From Oscillospiraceae bacterium (lineage in GTDB: Bacteria; Bacillota; Clostridia; Oscillospirales; Ruminococcaceae), in the NCBI GenBank assembly GCA_900770195.1, contig CAAGJI010000041.1, positions 43,719-107,718 on the forward strand: DNA of 64,000 nucleotides. The letters run 5' to 3'. Positions 30,447-39,466 of this stretch are shown piece by piece (position 1 is the first letter of the stretch; every line of letters begins with the position of its first letter). The position numbers and the translations under genes are program-made. The notes below the pieces were generated by a model. The model was not told where the DNA came from, did no database searches, and saw nothing but the letters and a program-made list of their open reading frames with translations.

Positions 30447-30877
30447 TTATTTTCTGCCTTTCCAAGTGCATCTTTTACCGCACCTATTATACCATTTGAA
30501 CTGAAAGTTGCACCTGAAACTGTGTCTACATCTGTTGACTGTTCATCAATCATTTCATCAATAACATAAATTGCTGAATCAAAATAAGCGGCATCTTCCT
30601 TTTCGTGAGATGTTACATCTATTTTGTTTATTTTTCCGTTTTCAACTGTTACTTCAACCGCAACAGTTCCGCCAAATCCTTTTGCTTCACCATTGTAAAT
30701 ACCATCTTTGTAATTTGATTCAGCATTTTTTTCACTTTCAATTTCTGCCATTGCCTTGTTATAGCTTTCTTTTTCGATATTTTCAGCTTCTGTACGTTCA
30801 TTTACTGTACTGTTATAAACAAATATCAATGAAACACAAGCAACAATTGTACACGTCTGTATCCAAAATTTTTGCAT
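30443..30877 (-). CDS. Extracytosolic FMN-binding domain protein (flavinylation substrate)
   Basis: N-terminal TM or signal. One FMN_bind module with the DTVSGATFSS flavinylation motif. Confidence 0.8.
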   Translation of the reverse strand: MQKFWIQTCTIVACVSLIFVYNSTVNERTEAENIEKESYNKAMAEIESEKNAESNYKDGIYNGEAKGFGGTVAVEVTVENGKINKIDVTSHEKEDAAYFDSAIYVIDEMIDEQSTDVDTVSGATFSSNGIIGAVKDALGKAENK

Positions 30878-30894
30878 ATCAAAAAACTTCCTTT

Positions 30895-32592
30895 TTATTT
30901 TTCTATACTTTTTTCAGCTGTTTCCAAAGCATTTTTAACAGCTTTAATTATCGCATCAGAAGAACAGGTTGCTCCTGAAACGGTGTCTATATCATCTGCT
31001 TTTTGTTTATCAAGTATCTGAGATACAACACCTTTTTTTCTTGAAGTTCCATTTGCTGCCCTGTCAACATACCAGTCATTTGAAGTATCATAATCATCTC
31101 CGACACCTGCTATTTCTGATATATTTGTGATAATTCCGTTTTCAAACGTTAATTTTACAGAAAGTTCATATTCTTCAAAATCCTGTGCTTCATCAGGTGA
31201 ACAAAGTGCTGAACCTGCAAAAATTCCGTTTATAAGTTTTTCATTTTCTGAAGTTTCTATCGATGGCAAAGCTGTTGCGTCGGAAATTTTTGTTGTTGTA
31301 GTTGTTGTTACTGATGTTGCAATAATAGTTGTTTTTCCCTGTTCTTCAACAGCTTTACTGTAAGATTTTGAAAGTGCATCTGAAACGGCATCAAGTATAC
31401 CATATGAACTGTATGTTGCACCTGAAACAGTATCTATATCTGCTGACTGCATTTCAACAATAGTACCACACAATGCAATGGCTTTTGAAAAATATTCCTT
31501 ATCATCGGAATTTTTTATTATATCAACACTTTTTATTTTATGTTCTGATATAGTAACTGAAACAGTAACATCACCTTTGTATCCCTCTCCTGTTCCTTCA
31601 AAAGTTCCGTCCGCATATTTATATTCTGATAAATCAGGATTATTTTCAGGAATTTCTGTTGAACTGCTTCTTGTTCTTTTTGTCGTTACAACCGTTGATA
31701 CAGCAGGTAAAGTTATTTCAGGCAGATTTTCTTCATCTGCACCTCCTGCCTTCGACAAAGCATCCCGAACAGCATTTATTATTCCTGAAGAACTATATGT
31801 TGCACCTGAAACTGCATCAACATTTGTTGACTGTGCATTTATTATTGCATCTATCAAAGATGAAGCATTATTTATAGATGGGCTGTCGTCATGATGAGAT
31901 AAAATTTTTATATTAGTAATCTGACCGTTTGAAATTGTTACTTCAACCGTTGTTATACCGCCATAACCTTGTGCTGAACCGGTGTAAACACCATCTTTAT
32001 ACGAAGATGGTTCATCTATGCTGCTTAAATTTACAGCTTCTGAAACAGGAGATGACTTTTTCGGAGTTTTTGTTTCAATTTTCTTTTCTGTTCCGCCTGC
32101 CTGTGAAAGTGCATCACGAACAGCGTTTATAAGTCCTACCGAACTGTACGTTGCACCTGAAACAGTGTCGACATTTGTGGTCTGACCTGATATTATATTT
32201 TTTAATAATGCCTGTGCTTTTGTTATATAGGGCGTATCATCATTGCTGCTTAAAAGTTTAATTTCAGCTATTTTTCCATCTTTTATTGTTACCTGAACCT
32301 TTAGTTCCCCACCATAACCTGTTCCTGTTCCAATATAAACACCATCTTTGTAAGTTGTATTTTCAGATATGTTTTTTATTGCAGGAATACTTTCCTCTTT
32401 TTTTGCTTTAACCTCTGTTTTTTTACTCGTTTCTTTTTCAGAATCAACTTTTTCCGCTGATATTTTGTCATATTTCGGAACAGTATATTCAGGGGCGGTA
32501 TATGTGCAAATTGAAACACCTGCACAAACTGCAACAACAATAGCAGGAACAACTCCTGAATAAGATGTAAATTTCTTTATTTTTTCTTTCAT
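30895..32592 (-). CDS. Extracytosolic protein with four tandem FMN-binding domains
   Basis: Four repeats ending in [VI]D[TA]VSGAT[YC]SS, joined by Thr/Ser-rich linkers. The start is the ATG at 32592 with an AAGGAGA RBS. Confidence 0.8.
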   Translation of the reverse strand: MKEKIKKFTSYSGVVPAIVVAVCAGVSICTYTAPEYTVPKYDKISAEKVDSEKETSKKTEVKAKKEESIPAIKNISENTTYKDGVYIGTGTGYGGELKVQVTIKDGKIAEIKLLSSNDDTPYITKAQALLKNIISGQTTNVDTVSGATYSSVGLINAVRDALSQAGGTEKKIETKTPKKSSPVSEAVNLSSIDEPSSYKDGVYTGSAQGYGGITTVEVTISNGQITNIKILSHHDDSPSINNASSLIDAIINAQSTNVDAVSGATYSSSGIINAVRDALSKAGGADEENLPEITLPAVSTVVTTKRTRSSSTEIPENNPDLSEYKYADGTFEGTGEGYKGDVTVSVTISEHKIKSVDIIKNSDDKEYFSKAIALCGTIVEMQSADIDTVSGATYSSYGILDAVSDALSKSYSKAVEEQGKTTIIATSVTTTTTTKISDATALPSIETSENEKLINGIFAGSALCSPDEAQDFEEYELSVKLTFENGIITNISEIAGVGDDYDTSNDWYVDRAANGTSRKKGVVSQILDKQKADDIDTVSGATCSSDAIIKAVKNALETAEKSIEK

Positions 32593-32606
32593 TTTTTCTC
32601 CTTTTT

Positions 32607-32624
32607 GATTAGCATATGCTAATC
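32607..32624. promoter_or_regulatory. Perfect 18-bp palindrome GATTAGCATATGCTAATC in the 5-prime UTR of the 4xFMN gene (candidate operator)
   Basis: The palindrome lies 4 nt upstream of the SD. A half-site GATTAGCATA recurs at 32816-32825. Confidence 0.4.
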
Positions 32625-32700
32625 TATGCATATTTTTTTAGTTTGACAGAAAAAACAGATAAATATATGCGTTAGCGTAAACTAACATAAACATAAAAAT

Positions 32701-32729
32701 ATTTTACCACACTTAAAAAAACAAATCAA
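32701..32729 (-). promoter_or_regulatory. Candidate promoter for the 4xFMN gene
   Basis: On the minus strand: TTGATT, a 17-bp spacer, then TGG-TAAAAT. Confidence 0.4.
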
Positions 32730-32834
32730 CAAGTCATTTATTGAAATATATTTTTGTATGGTAAAATATTTGTGAATTTTTAATTTTAGAATTAGAGAAA
32801 ATGAGCAAAAGTGGTGATTAGCATAAATAAACTG

Positions 32835-33668
32835 CTATCTATTGTAATCAAAACTTGTACGTTCAGACTTAGCATCAGCTTTATTATTTTGATAGTATGT
32901 AGCAATATTAATTTCAATTGCTTCAGATAATGCTTCTGTTATTTCACTCCACTCGATTTTTCTCTGCAATTTACAACTGCAATAAAACAACAAACTCTCT
33001 CTTGCAATGCATCTTTGATTTACACACGACATATATAAGTTAACATCTAAATAATCCTTTTCTTCTTTGTTTTTCAATATTGATTTTATTAAATCAGTAA
33101 AATCAGGACTTGTTGCTTTTTCTCCTGAAAGAGAATAATTTCCATCAAGTGTTGAAAATCTATTGAAGGTTTTTTTAAATTCTTCAATACTGCTTGCTAT
33201 TATAATTTTTCCCGCTATTTTAGTGTATTTTGCAACCAGAATATATTCATCTGTCCACTCGCTTTTTTTAACAGAACATAATTCTAAAGTTTCATATGAT
33301 TCGGGTTTTTGTTCATTTGAATTTTCAAAACATTCCATTAGAATATCTTCAGCAGAAGAATTTTTCTTTTTTAAACAAAGGTAATATTCACAATCATTCT
33401 TTTCACTTAAAAGCAGAACTTCTTTATCAGATACCTGATTCAAAATATAAATTTCGTTATTTATTTTGGCAATTCCTGATGTAAAATACCAAGAATCACC
33501 ACTCTTTTTTAAAGAAAAACCGGAAACAATACCATCAGGATAATCTGAATACATATATTGACGTATTTTTTCAGAATAAATATTTTGCTTATTTAACGTT
33601 TCAGCCCGAAGAACTGTACCATTTTTAAAGTCAATGTTCAATTTTCTGCCGCATTCAATTGTATTCAT
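32835..33668 (-). CDS. Hypothetical protein (277 aa), last gene of the AT-rich island operon
   Basis: Its start abuts the upstream gene (12-nt gap). No recognisable domains. Confidence 0.5.
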   Translation of the reverse strand: MNTIECGRKLNIDFKNGTVLRAETLNKQNIYSEKIRQYMYSDYPDGIVSGFSLKKSGDSWYFTSGIAKINNEIYILNQVSDKEVLLLSEKNDCEYYLCLKKKNSSAEDILMECFENSNEQKPESYETLELCSVKKSEWTDEYILVAKYTKIAGKIIIASSIEEFKKTFNRFSTLDGNYSLSGEKATSPDFTDLIKSILKNKEEKDYLDVNLYMSCVNQRCIARESLLFYCSCKLQRKIEWSEITEALSEAIEINIATYYQNNKADAKSERTSFDYNR

Positions 33669-33679
33669 ATAATCAACCT

Positions 33680-36529
33680 CTATTTATTTCCATCAAAGAA
33701 AGTTTGTGAAGCATTTTCAACACATTTTGTTACCGGTTCTGATCTTGAGTATATTGATTCACCATTATTCATTTCTTTTTTTATAGTCAACGCAATTAAT
33801 TCAGAACCAAACTTATTTGGAAAAACTAAAAAATATCTTCCATCTTCTTTGTTTGATAATTCATCAATTACCTGCTGTTTATATTGCTTGTAAGACTGGT
33901 CATCTATCATTTGTCCAATTTGTTCTGTATTAATTGTTTTAGCGTTTTCAGCAGAAAGATTAACTGTAATATAATTTATTTCTTCTCCAAAAATATTTTT
34001 AATTTTAAGATTGATATGTTCTGTATTATCAGCAATTGAAATCGGATGAATCTCATCTTTATTTATTATCTGAACTTTATTGTCATTAAATTCCGTCCAT
34101 ACACTGTAGCTTATTTTTGCAGGATTGTTTTCAATTCTTGGCTTGATATTACCAAACTTTGTGTCATATTCATAATAAACTACACCACGAACACAAGATG
34201 TTTTAAGTTCTTCTGTGTTTTTATCATCTGTAACCGCTTTTTTCCTTACAACTTTTCTAAGCTTTTTGCCTGCAATAAATTCTTTCATAAGTTCATTAAA
34301 CAATCTGATTTTACAAGATTGTCCGGAAAATCTGTAAAATTCATAATCGGTATTTTGGTCATCGTGAAAAATTCGGCTAAGAAGATTATAAATATCTCCT
34401 CTGATTAAATCATTAACTTCCTGTGCTGTAATCGTTATTTTTGGCTGAACATCTTTTTCCACAAGCGTTTTTTCATCTGAACAAATATAAATAGAAAAAT
34501 CCATAGAATGTTCATTTAAAATATTTTCGTAGTTTTCACCTACAGCTTTATCAGAAGAATCAGTAAAACCGATAAATGTTAAACGGTCTTTTTTATAAAA
34601 TTCAGTTTTAATAATTTCAGCAAGATTCCAAAGGTAATAAAAATTTCTTTTGATTAAATTCTTTTTCTTTGCATATTTCGTAAGTTCGTTATCATCTTCA
34701 AATTTTGTCGGAATAAGTTTTTCAGCTTCTGCATATTCTTCTTCAAGCTTTTTATATACAGTTTTATATCCATTACCACACTTATCATTATTTTGACTGG
34801 CTTTATAATCTTCATCAATGTAACCCAACACTTCTTCCGGTAACGGAAGAAGATCTCTTACTGAAGTTGTATATTCATCACGACCTGCGTCTATCTCATC
34901 CAAATAGAAATTTGCAAGTTTTATTTTAACAAGCTGCATAATTCTGTATGTAATATTATTTCCGCCAAAATTAGATTCACCGTCCACAAATTCAGTTCTT
35001 ATAACAAGATTTTCAATATCATTATTTTTTTCTCTGCTGATTCTGCATGAAGCAACATCTGTTGTTCCTCCACCACAGTCAATAACCATCATATTAGCAT
35101 CTTTAAAGTGATTTTCTTTATCACGGATATTGTTTCTTATAGTCTCATAAATAACAGCTGTACCTTCATCTAAAAAATTGCCATCAACAACTTCAAATCT
35201 GCCTTTAAACATTTTTTTAAACTGATTTAAAAATTTTGTCTTTAATTTTACAGGTGAAGTAAAGTGAATTCTTTTAAATTTACATTTTGAATAAATCTCA
35301 GTTTTTTCAATTATATGCAAAAGATATGCTTTAACAAGTTCAAAATATTTGATTTCAGATTCATTTCCATCTTCGTCGGTTATATTTACACTTTTATCAG
35401 AATCAATTCCAAACCATCTTTTTATTTCAAAGAAAATTGAAGCGTCAGGTATATAATCATGTTCAATTAATGCTTTCTTTGCATCATAACCAAAAAGATA
35501 AGTGTTCTTTGATGAATCTTTTTCGCAATGTTTTACATAGATAAGTGTCGGAATAATATCTGACTGAACATATTTACCATCATCAAGAGAGTTTTCAAAT
35601 TTTACATTTACAAATCTTTTTGAATCATCAGCATCATTTACAAAATAACCTGCTGTAGTATTTGATGTACCAAAATCAATGCATAAAGGTGACTCTGATT
35701 CAGGTCTTTCTCTTTCAGTAATTTTAATTGAAACATATTTTATCTGAGAAATAATGCTGTCATCTAAAGTATAATTGCCGCTTTTTAAAACTGTTTCAAC
35801 TGACTTAGGGAAAAGCAATACTTTAAACTGTACATTATTTCCCCATGATTCATTTAAAATTGCATCTGTACCGATAATAATTCTGTATTCATTGCCACAC
35901 TTTTTAAGTTTACCTGCTGCCATCACTTTGTTTTCTTTGCTGACAACGGCTGTAAGTAAGTCTGAATATATATCACCATTAAAATCAATAAGCCCGATTT
36001 CGTCTTCAGCTGTAACAGCTTCACCCACAAAATGAATGTTATCTCCGGTACAATCAACGTTCTTATCCTCTTCAAAAACAGGATTTTTTGAAAGCACAAA
36101 ACCAATTTCATTCATCAGTTTTGAATAATCAATATTCAATTTTTCTTTTTCAGAAGGTGTTTTTTCAACTGCCTTTACAGTTTCTGTAGCTTTTGTTTCA
36201 GGTATTTTTGACTGAACAGCTTCATTTTTTTCAGGTTCTTTTGGTTTTGCAGTTTTTTTCACTTCAGCAACATCATTTTCAAGCAAGAAATTACTTATTC
36301 TTTTGATGGCATTCGGTTTTGCCTGTAATCGTTCCTTTTTGTTAAAAAATAAAACATTCGTTCCAAATTTTTCATTCAGACAATCCCCAATTGCTTTCAG
36401 GTCATCTCCGCTGACACTGTTCTCATTAATCCATTTTACAAATTCGTTTACGTCTTTAAATGATTCTTCAGAATCACCTCCAATTGCTCCCATAATTTCA
36501 GAATAATCTTCTTTAGTTAAATCACGCAT
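33680..36529 (-). CDS. Large divergent Hsp70-superfamily ATPase (949 aa) with ~300-aa N-terminal extension
   Basis: Hsp70 phosphate-1-like CIDFGTSNTTAGY and phosphate-2-like VIDCGGGTTDVA. The true start is the ATG at 36529 with an AAGGAGG RBS (ORF-track TTG at 36577 has none). Confidence 0.75.
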   Translation of the reverse strand: MRDLTKEDYSEIMGAIGGDSEESFKDVNEFVKWINENSVSGDDLKAIGDCLNEKFGTNVLFFNKKERLQAKPNAIKRISNFLLENDVAEVKKTAKPKEPEKNEAVQSKIPETKATETVKAVEKTPSEKEKLNIDYSKLMNEIGFVLSKNPVFEEDKNVDCTGDNIHFVGEAVTAEDEIGLIDFNGDIYSDLLTAVVSKENKVMAAGKLKKCGNEYRIIIGTDAILNESWGNNVQFKVLLFPKSVETVLKSGNYTLDDSIISQIKYVSIKITERERPESESPLCIDFGTSNTTAGYFVNDADDSKRFVNVKFENSLDDGKYVQSDIIPTLIYVKHCEKDSSKNTYLFGYDAKKALIEHDYIPDASIFFEIKRWFGIDSDKSVNITDEDGNESEIKYFELVKAYLLHIIEKTEIYSKCKFKRIHFTSPVKLKTKFLNQFKKMFKGRFEVVDGNFLDEGTAVIYETIRNNIRDKENHFKDANMMVIDCGGGTTDVASCRISREKNNDIENLVIRTEFVDGESNFGGNNITYRIMQLVKIKLANFYLDEIDAGRDEYTTSVRDLLPLPEEVLGYIDEDYKASQNNDKCGNGYKTVYKKLEEEYAEAEKLIPTKFEDDNELTKYAKKKNLIKRNFYYLWNLAEIIKTEFYKKDRLTFIGFTDSSDKAVGENYENILNEHSMDFSIYICSDEKTLVEKDVQPKITITAQEVNDLIRGDIYNLLSRIFHDDQNTDYEFYRFSGQSCKIRLFNELMKEFIAGKKLRKVVRKKAVTDDKNTEELKTSCVRGVVYYEYDTKFGNIKPRIENNPAKISYSVWTEFNDNKVQIINKDEIHPISIADNTEHINLKIKNIFGEEINYITVNLSAENAKTINTEQIGQMIDDQSYKQYKQQVIDELSNKEDGRYFLVFPNKFGSELIALTIKKEMNNGESIYSRSEPVTKCVENASQTFFDGNK

Positions 36530-36542
36530 TATATTTTCCTCC

Positions 36543-38630
36543 TTATAATTCAGATATTTCTCCAATAATCTGTTCAAAAATTTCTGTAATTGAATCTACA
36601 TCATCTGTAAGCCAAAGATATGATTCACCATTTGATCGTGTTGAAGAAATTTCTCTTAAAAATTCTTTTGTGCGAGAATTCAAACCTGTTCCAACAGAAA
36701 TTACAGTTACACCATCTGATTTAAGCTTATCCGCCTGAGTTTTAGCTGTAGTCATACTGTCAGGAGCTCCGTCAGTTAAAATGATTACAAAGTTATTTTC
36801 ACCTTTTTCAAATTCTTTCCTGATCATATCAAGTGACTGTGATAAAGGTGTTCCGCCGGATGCATATAAATTTTCGATTGCACTATTAAGCTGCTGTGCA
36901 TTATTGGACAATGGCAAATTAACTCCTGTTTTATAACCAAATTCAGCAATTCCTATTTTGTTATATGATAAATCAACAACATTATTAACAATATTTTTTG
37001 CAGCTTTTTTTGCATTATCCAAATTTTTACCACGCATACTTCCAGATGTATCAATTGACAGGAAAATATTCATCGGTTCGGGTACTGCCGCATCAAGTTT
37101 TTTCTGCAATTCATGTTTATCATATTCAATAACAATTTCTTCATGTGCATGAGTAAATTGGTCAACAGCAGAAACTTTTAAAATACGGCTCTCATCATAT
37201 TCAAAGGTAACATCAATCTTGACTTCTCCCTTTTTGCCTTTACGAATATTACCCAAAGCGAAACAACTTAAAAGTTCACTATTGCTAAGATCTCTTCTAT
37301 CTTCGTTTGCAATGTCCTTCGTTTCATATATTTCTATATTTACAGACTTCTGATTATCCTTTGAAGTGCTGAATGTCCTTGTATATGATGTAGGATATTT
37401 GCTTCCTCTTGGAAGCATTTCAGAAAATTTGCCGTCAGCTTTTACACCAAGCGAATGTGAAAGAATATCTGTTATTACAGGTTTGTTAGCCGACATACCG
37501 CCATAAATTGCAGATGAAACTGTATAAGCACCTTTAACAACAAGTGTCGCCAAATCCAAATCTGAATAAACTTTTCCGGAGAAAATTTCCTCTATTTTTT
37601 TGCCAATATACGGAATACTACAACTTCCTCCTGCCAAAGCAACACGCCATACATTGTCAGGTGTGATATTATTGTTATCCATAAATCTTTTGAATTTTGT
37701 AAATATCTTATCATATACACCCTGACAAATTTCATCAAACTCATCTCTTGTAAGTTCAACATCGAATGTATAATAATCATTTTTATATTGAAATAAATCC
37801 GGTTCAGTCACACTTGCACTTTCAGTATCAGTTAAATCTATTTTTACTCTTCTGGCAGCTCTGAGTAATTTAGATCTTATCTTATTATATTCTTTTTCAG
37901 GTAATTTTGACTTTTCAAGCGTTGATAAATCCAGATTAGTATCCGCTTCAACCATTTCAATCATAGCTTGTCTTATACATTCATCAAAATCATCACCGCC
38001 AAGCTTTTTATCACCATCGACAGCCAATGTTTCATATTCGTTCTTATCTGAATTATACTTCAGATAACTTAAATCAAATGTACCACCGCCGATATCTACA
38101 ACAAGGAGTTTTTTATCTTCAAGATTATCTGCACTTTCTGTTATGTAGGAAATTGCAGCAGCAGTAGGTTCAGTTATAATACGAACCTCTTTAAATCCTG
38201 CGGCTAAAGCAGCACGCTTTGTTGCGTCATACTGATTTCCCTGAAAATAAGCCGGAACAGTTATTACAGCTTTTATTTCGGTTGTTTCATCATATCCGTC
38301 TTTTTTAATAAACTTATAAATTGTTTCTTTTACTGATTTTAAAATTTCAGTTGCAACATCAACAGGAGTAAATTTTCTTCCGTCAATTAAATAGACCTTG
38401 TCGCTTCCCATATCTGTTTTTGAAGAACGAATAACATTATGCGGATTTAAATACCCATCTTCCGAAGCTTTTTTACCGATTGTTATCTCCCCGTTTTCGT
38501 AATAGAGAACAGATGGCAGAACATTTCCATCACCATTTTTAAACTTCAGACATTTTACTTTGCCTTTAATATCTGTACAAACAAGTGTATTGGTCGTACC
38601 TAAATCAATCCCAACATTTACCGATGCCAT
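36543..38630 (-). CDS. Hsp70-like ATPase fused to C-terminal von Willebrand factor A (vWA/MIDAS) domain
   Basis: NBD motifs VGIDLGTTNT, VVDIGGGTFDLS and ALAGGSCSIPYI, then an SBD-like region. The C-terminus has a vWA MIDAS (DTSGSMRG ... GGTPL ... ILTDGAPD). RBS AGGAGA. Confidence 0.8.
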   Translation of the reverse strand: MASVNVGIDLGTTNTLVCTDIKGKVKCLKFKNGDGNVLPSVLYYENGEITIGKKASEDGYLNPHNVIRSSKTDMGSDKVYLIDGRKFTPVDVATEILKSVKETIYKFIKKDGYDETTEIKAVITVPAYFQGNQYDATKRAALAAGFKEVRIITEPTAAAISYITESADNLEDKKLLVVDIGGGTFDLSYLKYNSDKNEYETLAVDGDKKLGGDDFDECIRQAMIEMVEADTNLDLSTLEKSKLPEKEYNKIRSKLLRAARRVKIDLTDTESASVTEPDLFQYKNDYYTFDVELTRDEFDEICQGVYDKIFTKFKRFMDNNNITPDNVWRVALAGGSCSIPYIGKKIEEIFSGKVYSDLDLATLVVKGAYTVSSAIYGGMSANKPVITDILSHSLGVKADGKFSEMLPRGSKYPTSYTRTFSTSKDNQKSVNIEIYETKDIANEDRRDLSNSELLSCFALGNIRKGKKGEVKIDVTFEYDESRILKVSAVDQFTHAHEEIVIEYDKHELQKKLDAAVPEPMNIFLSIDTSGSMRGKNLDNAKKAAKNIVNNVVDLSYNKIGIAEFGYKTGVNLPLSNNAQQLNSAIENLYASGGTPLSQSLDMIRKEFEKGENNFVIILTDGAPDSMTTAKTQADKLKSDGVTVISVGTGLNSRTKEFLREISSTRSNGESYLWLTDDVDSITEIFEQIIGEISEL

Positions 38631-38649
38631 TTTCTATTTCTCCTTTAAA

Positions 38650-39159
38650 TTAATAATTTTTATCTGCGAATGCATCTGAACTTTTAACTTTTTCATCATT
38701 TTGTTGTGGTTCCTGATCTATTTCAGAAATGCCATTTTCATCAGAATTTTCATCTTTTGCTTCATCTGCATTTTTCTTATCTTCAACATCTGAATATAAC
38801 GGAACAACCTCTTTATGTATATCGAGTATTTTTGTATTCAGATAATCAAGCCTCTCTTTCAGAAAATATTTCTTTCTTTCATCATCTTCTTTTGATTTTT
38901 CCATTTTTTCTTTAATATCATTAATACTCTGTGAAAAAGATTCAAGGGAATTTTCTATCTTTTCAAGAAGTTCAGATTTTTTCTTCTCAAGCTTGTCTAT
39001 TTTACTTTGAAGTTCTTCTTCTTTTTTCTGATAATTATTTTTAAGCAAACCAATACTACTGTCAAGCGAATCAACTTCATTACAAAGTTCTTTATTAATT
39101 TCCGTCATCATATCAATAACTTTTTTTAAATCATTGATTGTTTCTTTATAATCCTGCAT
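38650..39159 (-). CDS. Coiled-coil protein (169 aa), acidic C-terminus
   Basis: Heptad-rich and K/E-rich (EELQSKIDKLEKKKSELLEKIENSLESF). Confidence 0.55.
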   Translation of the reverse strand: MQDYKETINDLKKVIDMMTEINKELCNEVDSLDSSIGLLKNNYQKKEEELQSKIDKLEKKKSELLEKIENSLESFSQSINDIKEKMEKSKEDDERKKYFLKERLDYLNTKILDIHKEVVPLYSDVEDKKNADEAKDENSDENGISEIDQEPQQNDEKVKSSDAFADKNY

Positions 39160-39178
39160 TTTATCAATACCTTTCTAT

Positions 39179-39466
39179 TTATTCAATTGCCTTAAGCACA
39201 GCATTACGCATATTCTTAATTTCAAGATCCTTTGATTTTCTTATTTTTTCAATCTCTGCGTCTTTTGATTCTCTTATTTCATTGATCTCTTTATTTTTAT
39301 CTCTTGTTAACTCTGCAATTTTATTATTTCTTTCTTCAATAATCTGATTTTTTTTATATTCGAAATTGGCCTCCATTTGATTAAAATCATTTTCAATTTC
39401 ACCAAGAATCTTATCTGCAATTGCTTTTAAATCGGCAATATTTTGCTTGTATGAATTAATATCCAT
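39179..39466 (-). CDS. Coiled-coil protein (95 aa)
   Basis: K/E-rich heptads. RBS GGAGG. TAATG stop/start overlap with the upstream Hsp70-like gene. Confidence 0.55.
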   Translation of the reverse strand: MDINSYKQNIADLKAIADKILGEIENDFNQMEANFEYKKNQIIEERNNKIAELTRDKNKEINEIRESKDAEIEKIRKSKDLEIKNMRNAVLKAIE

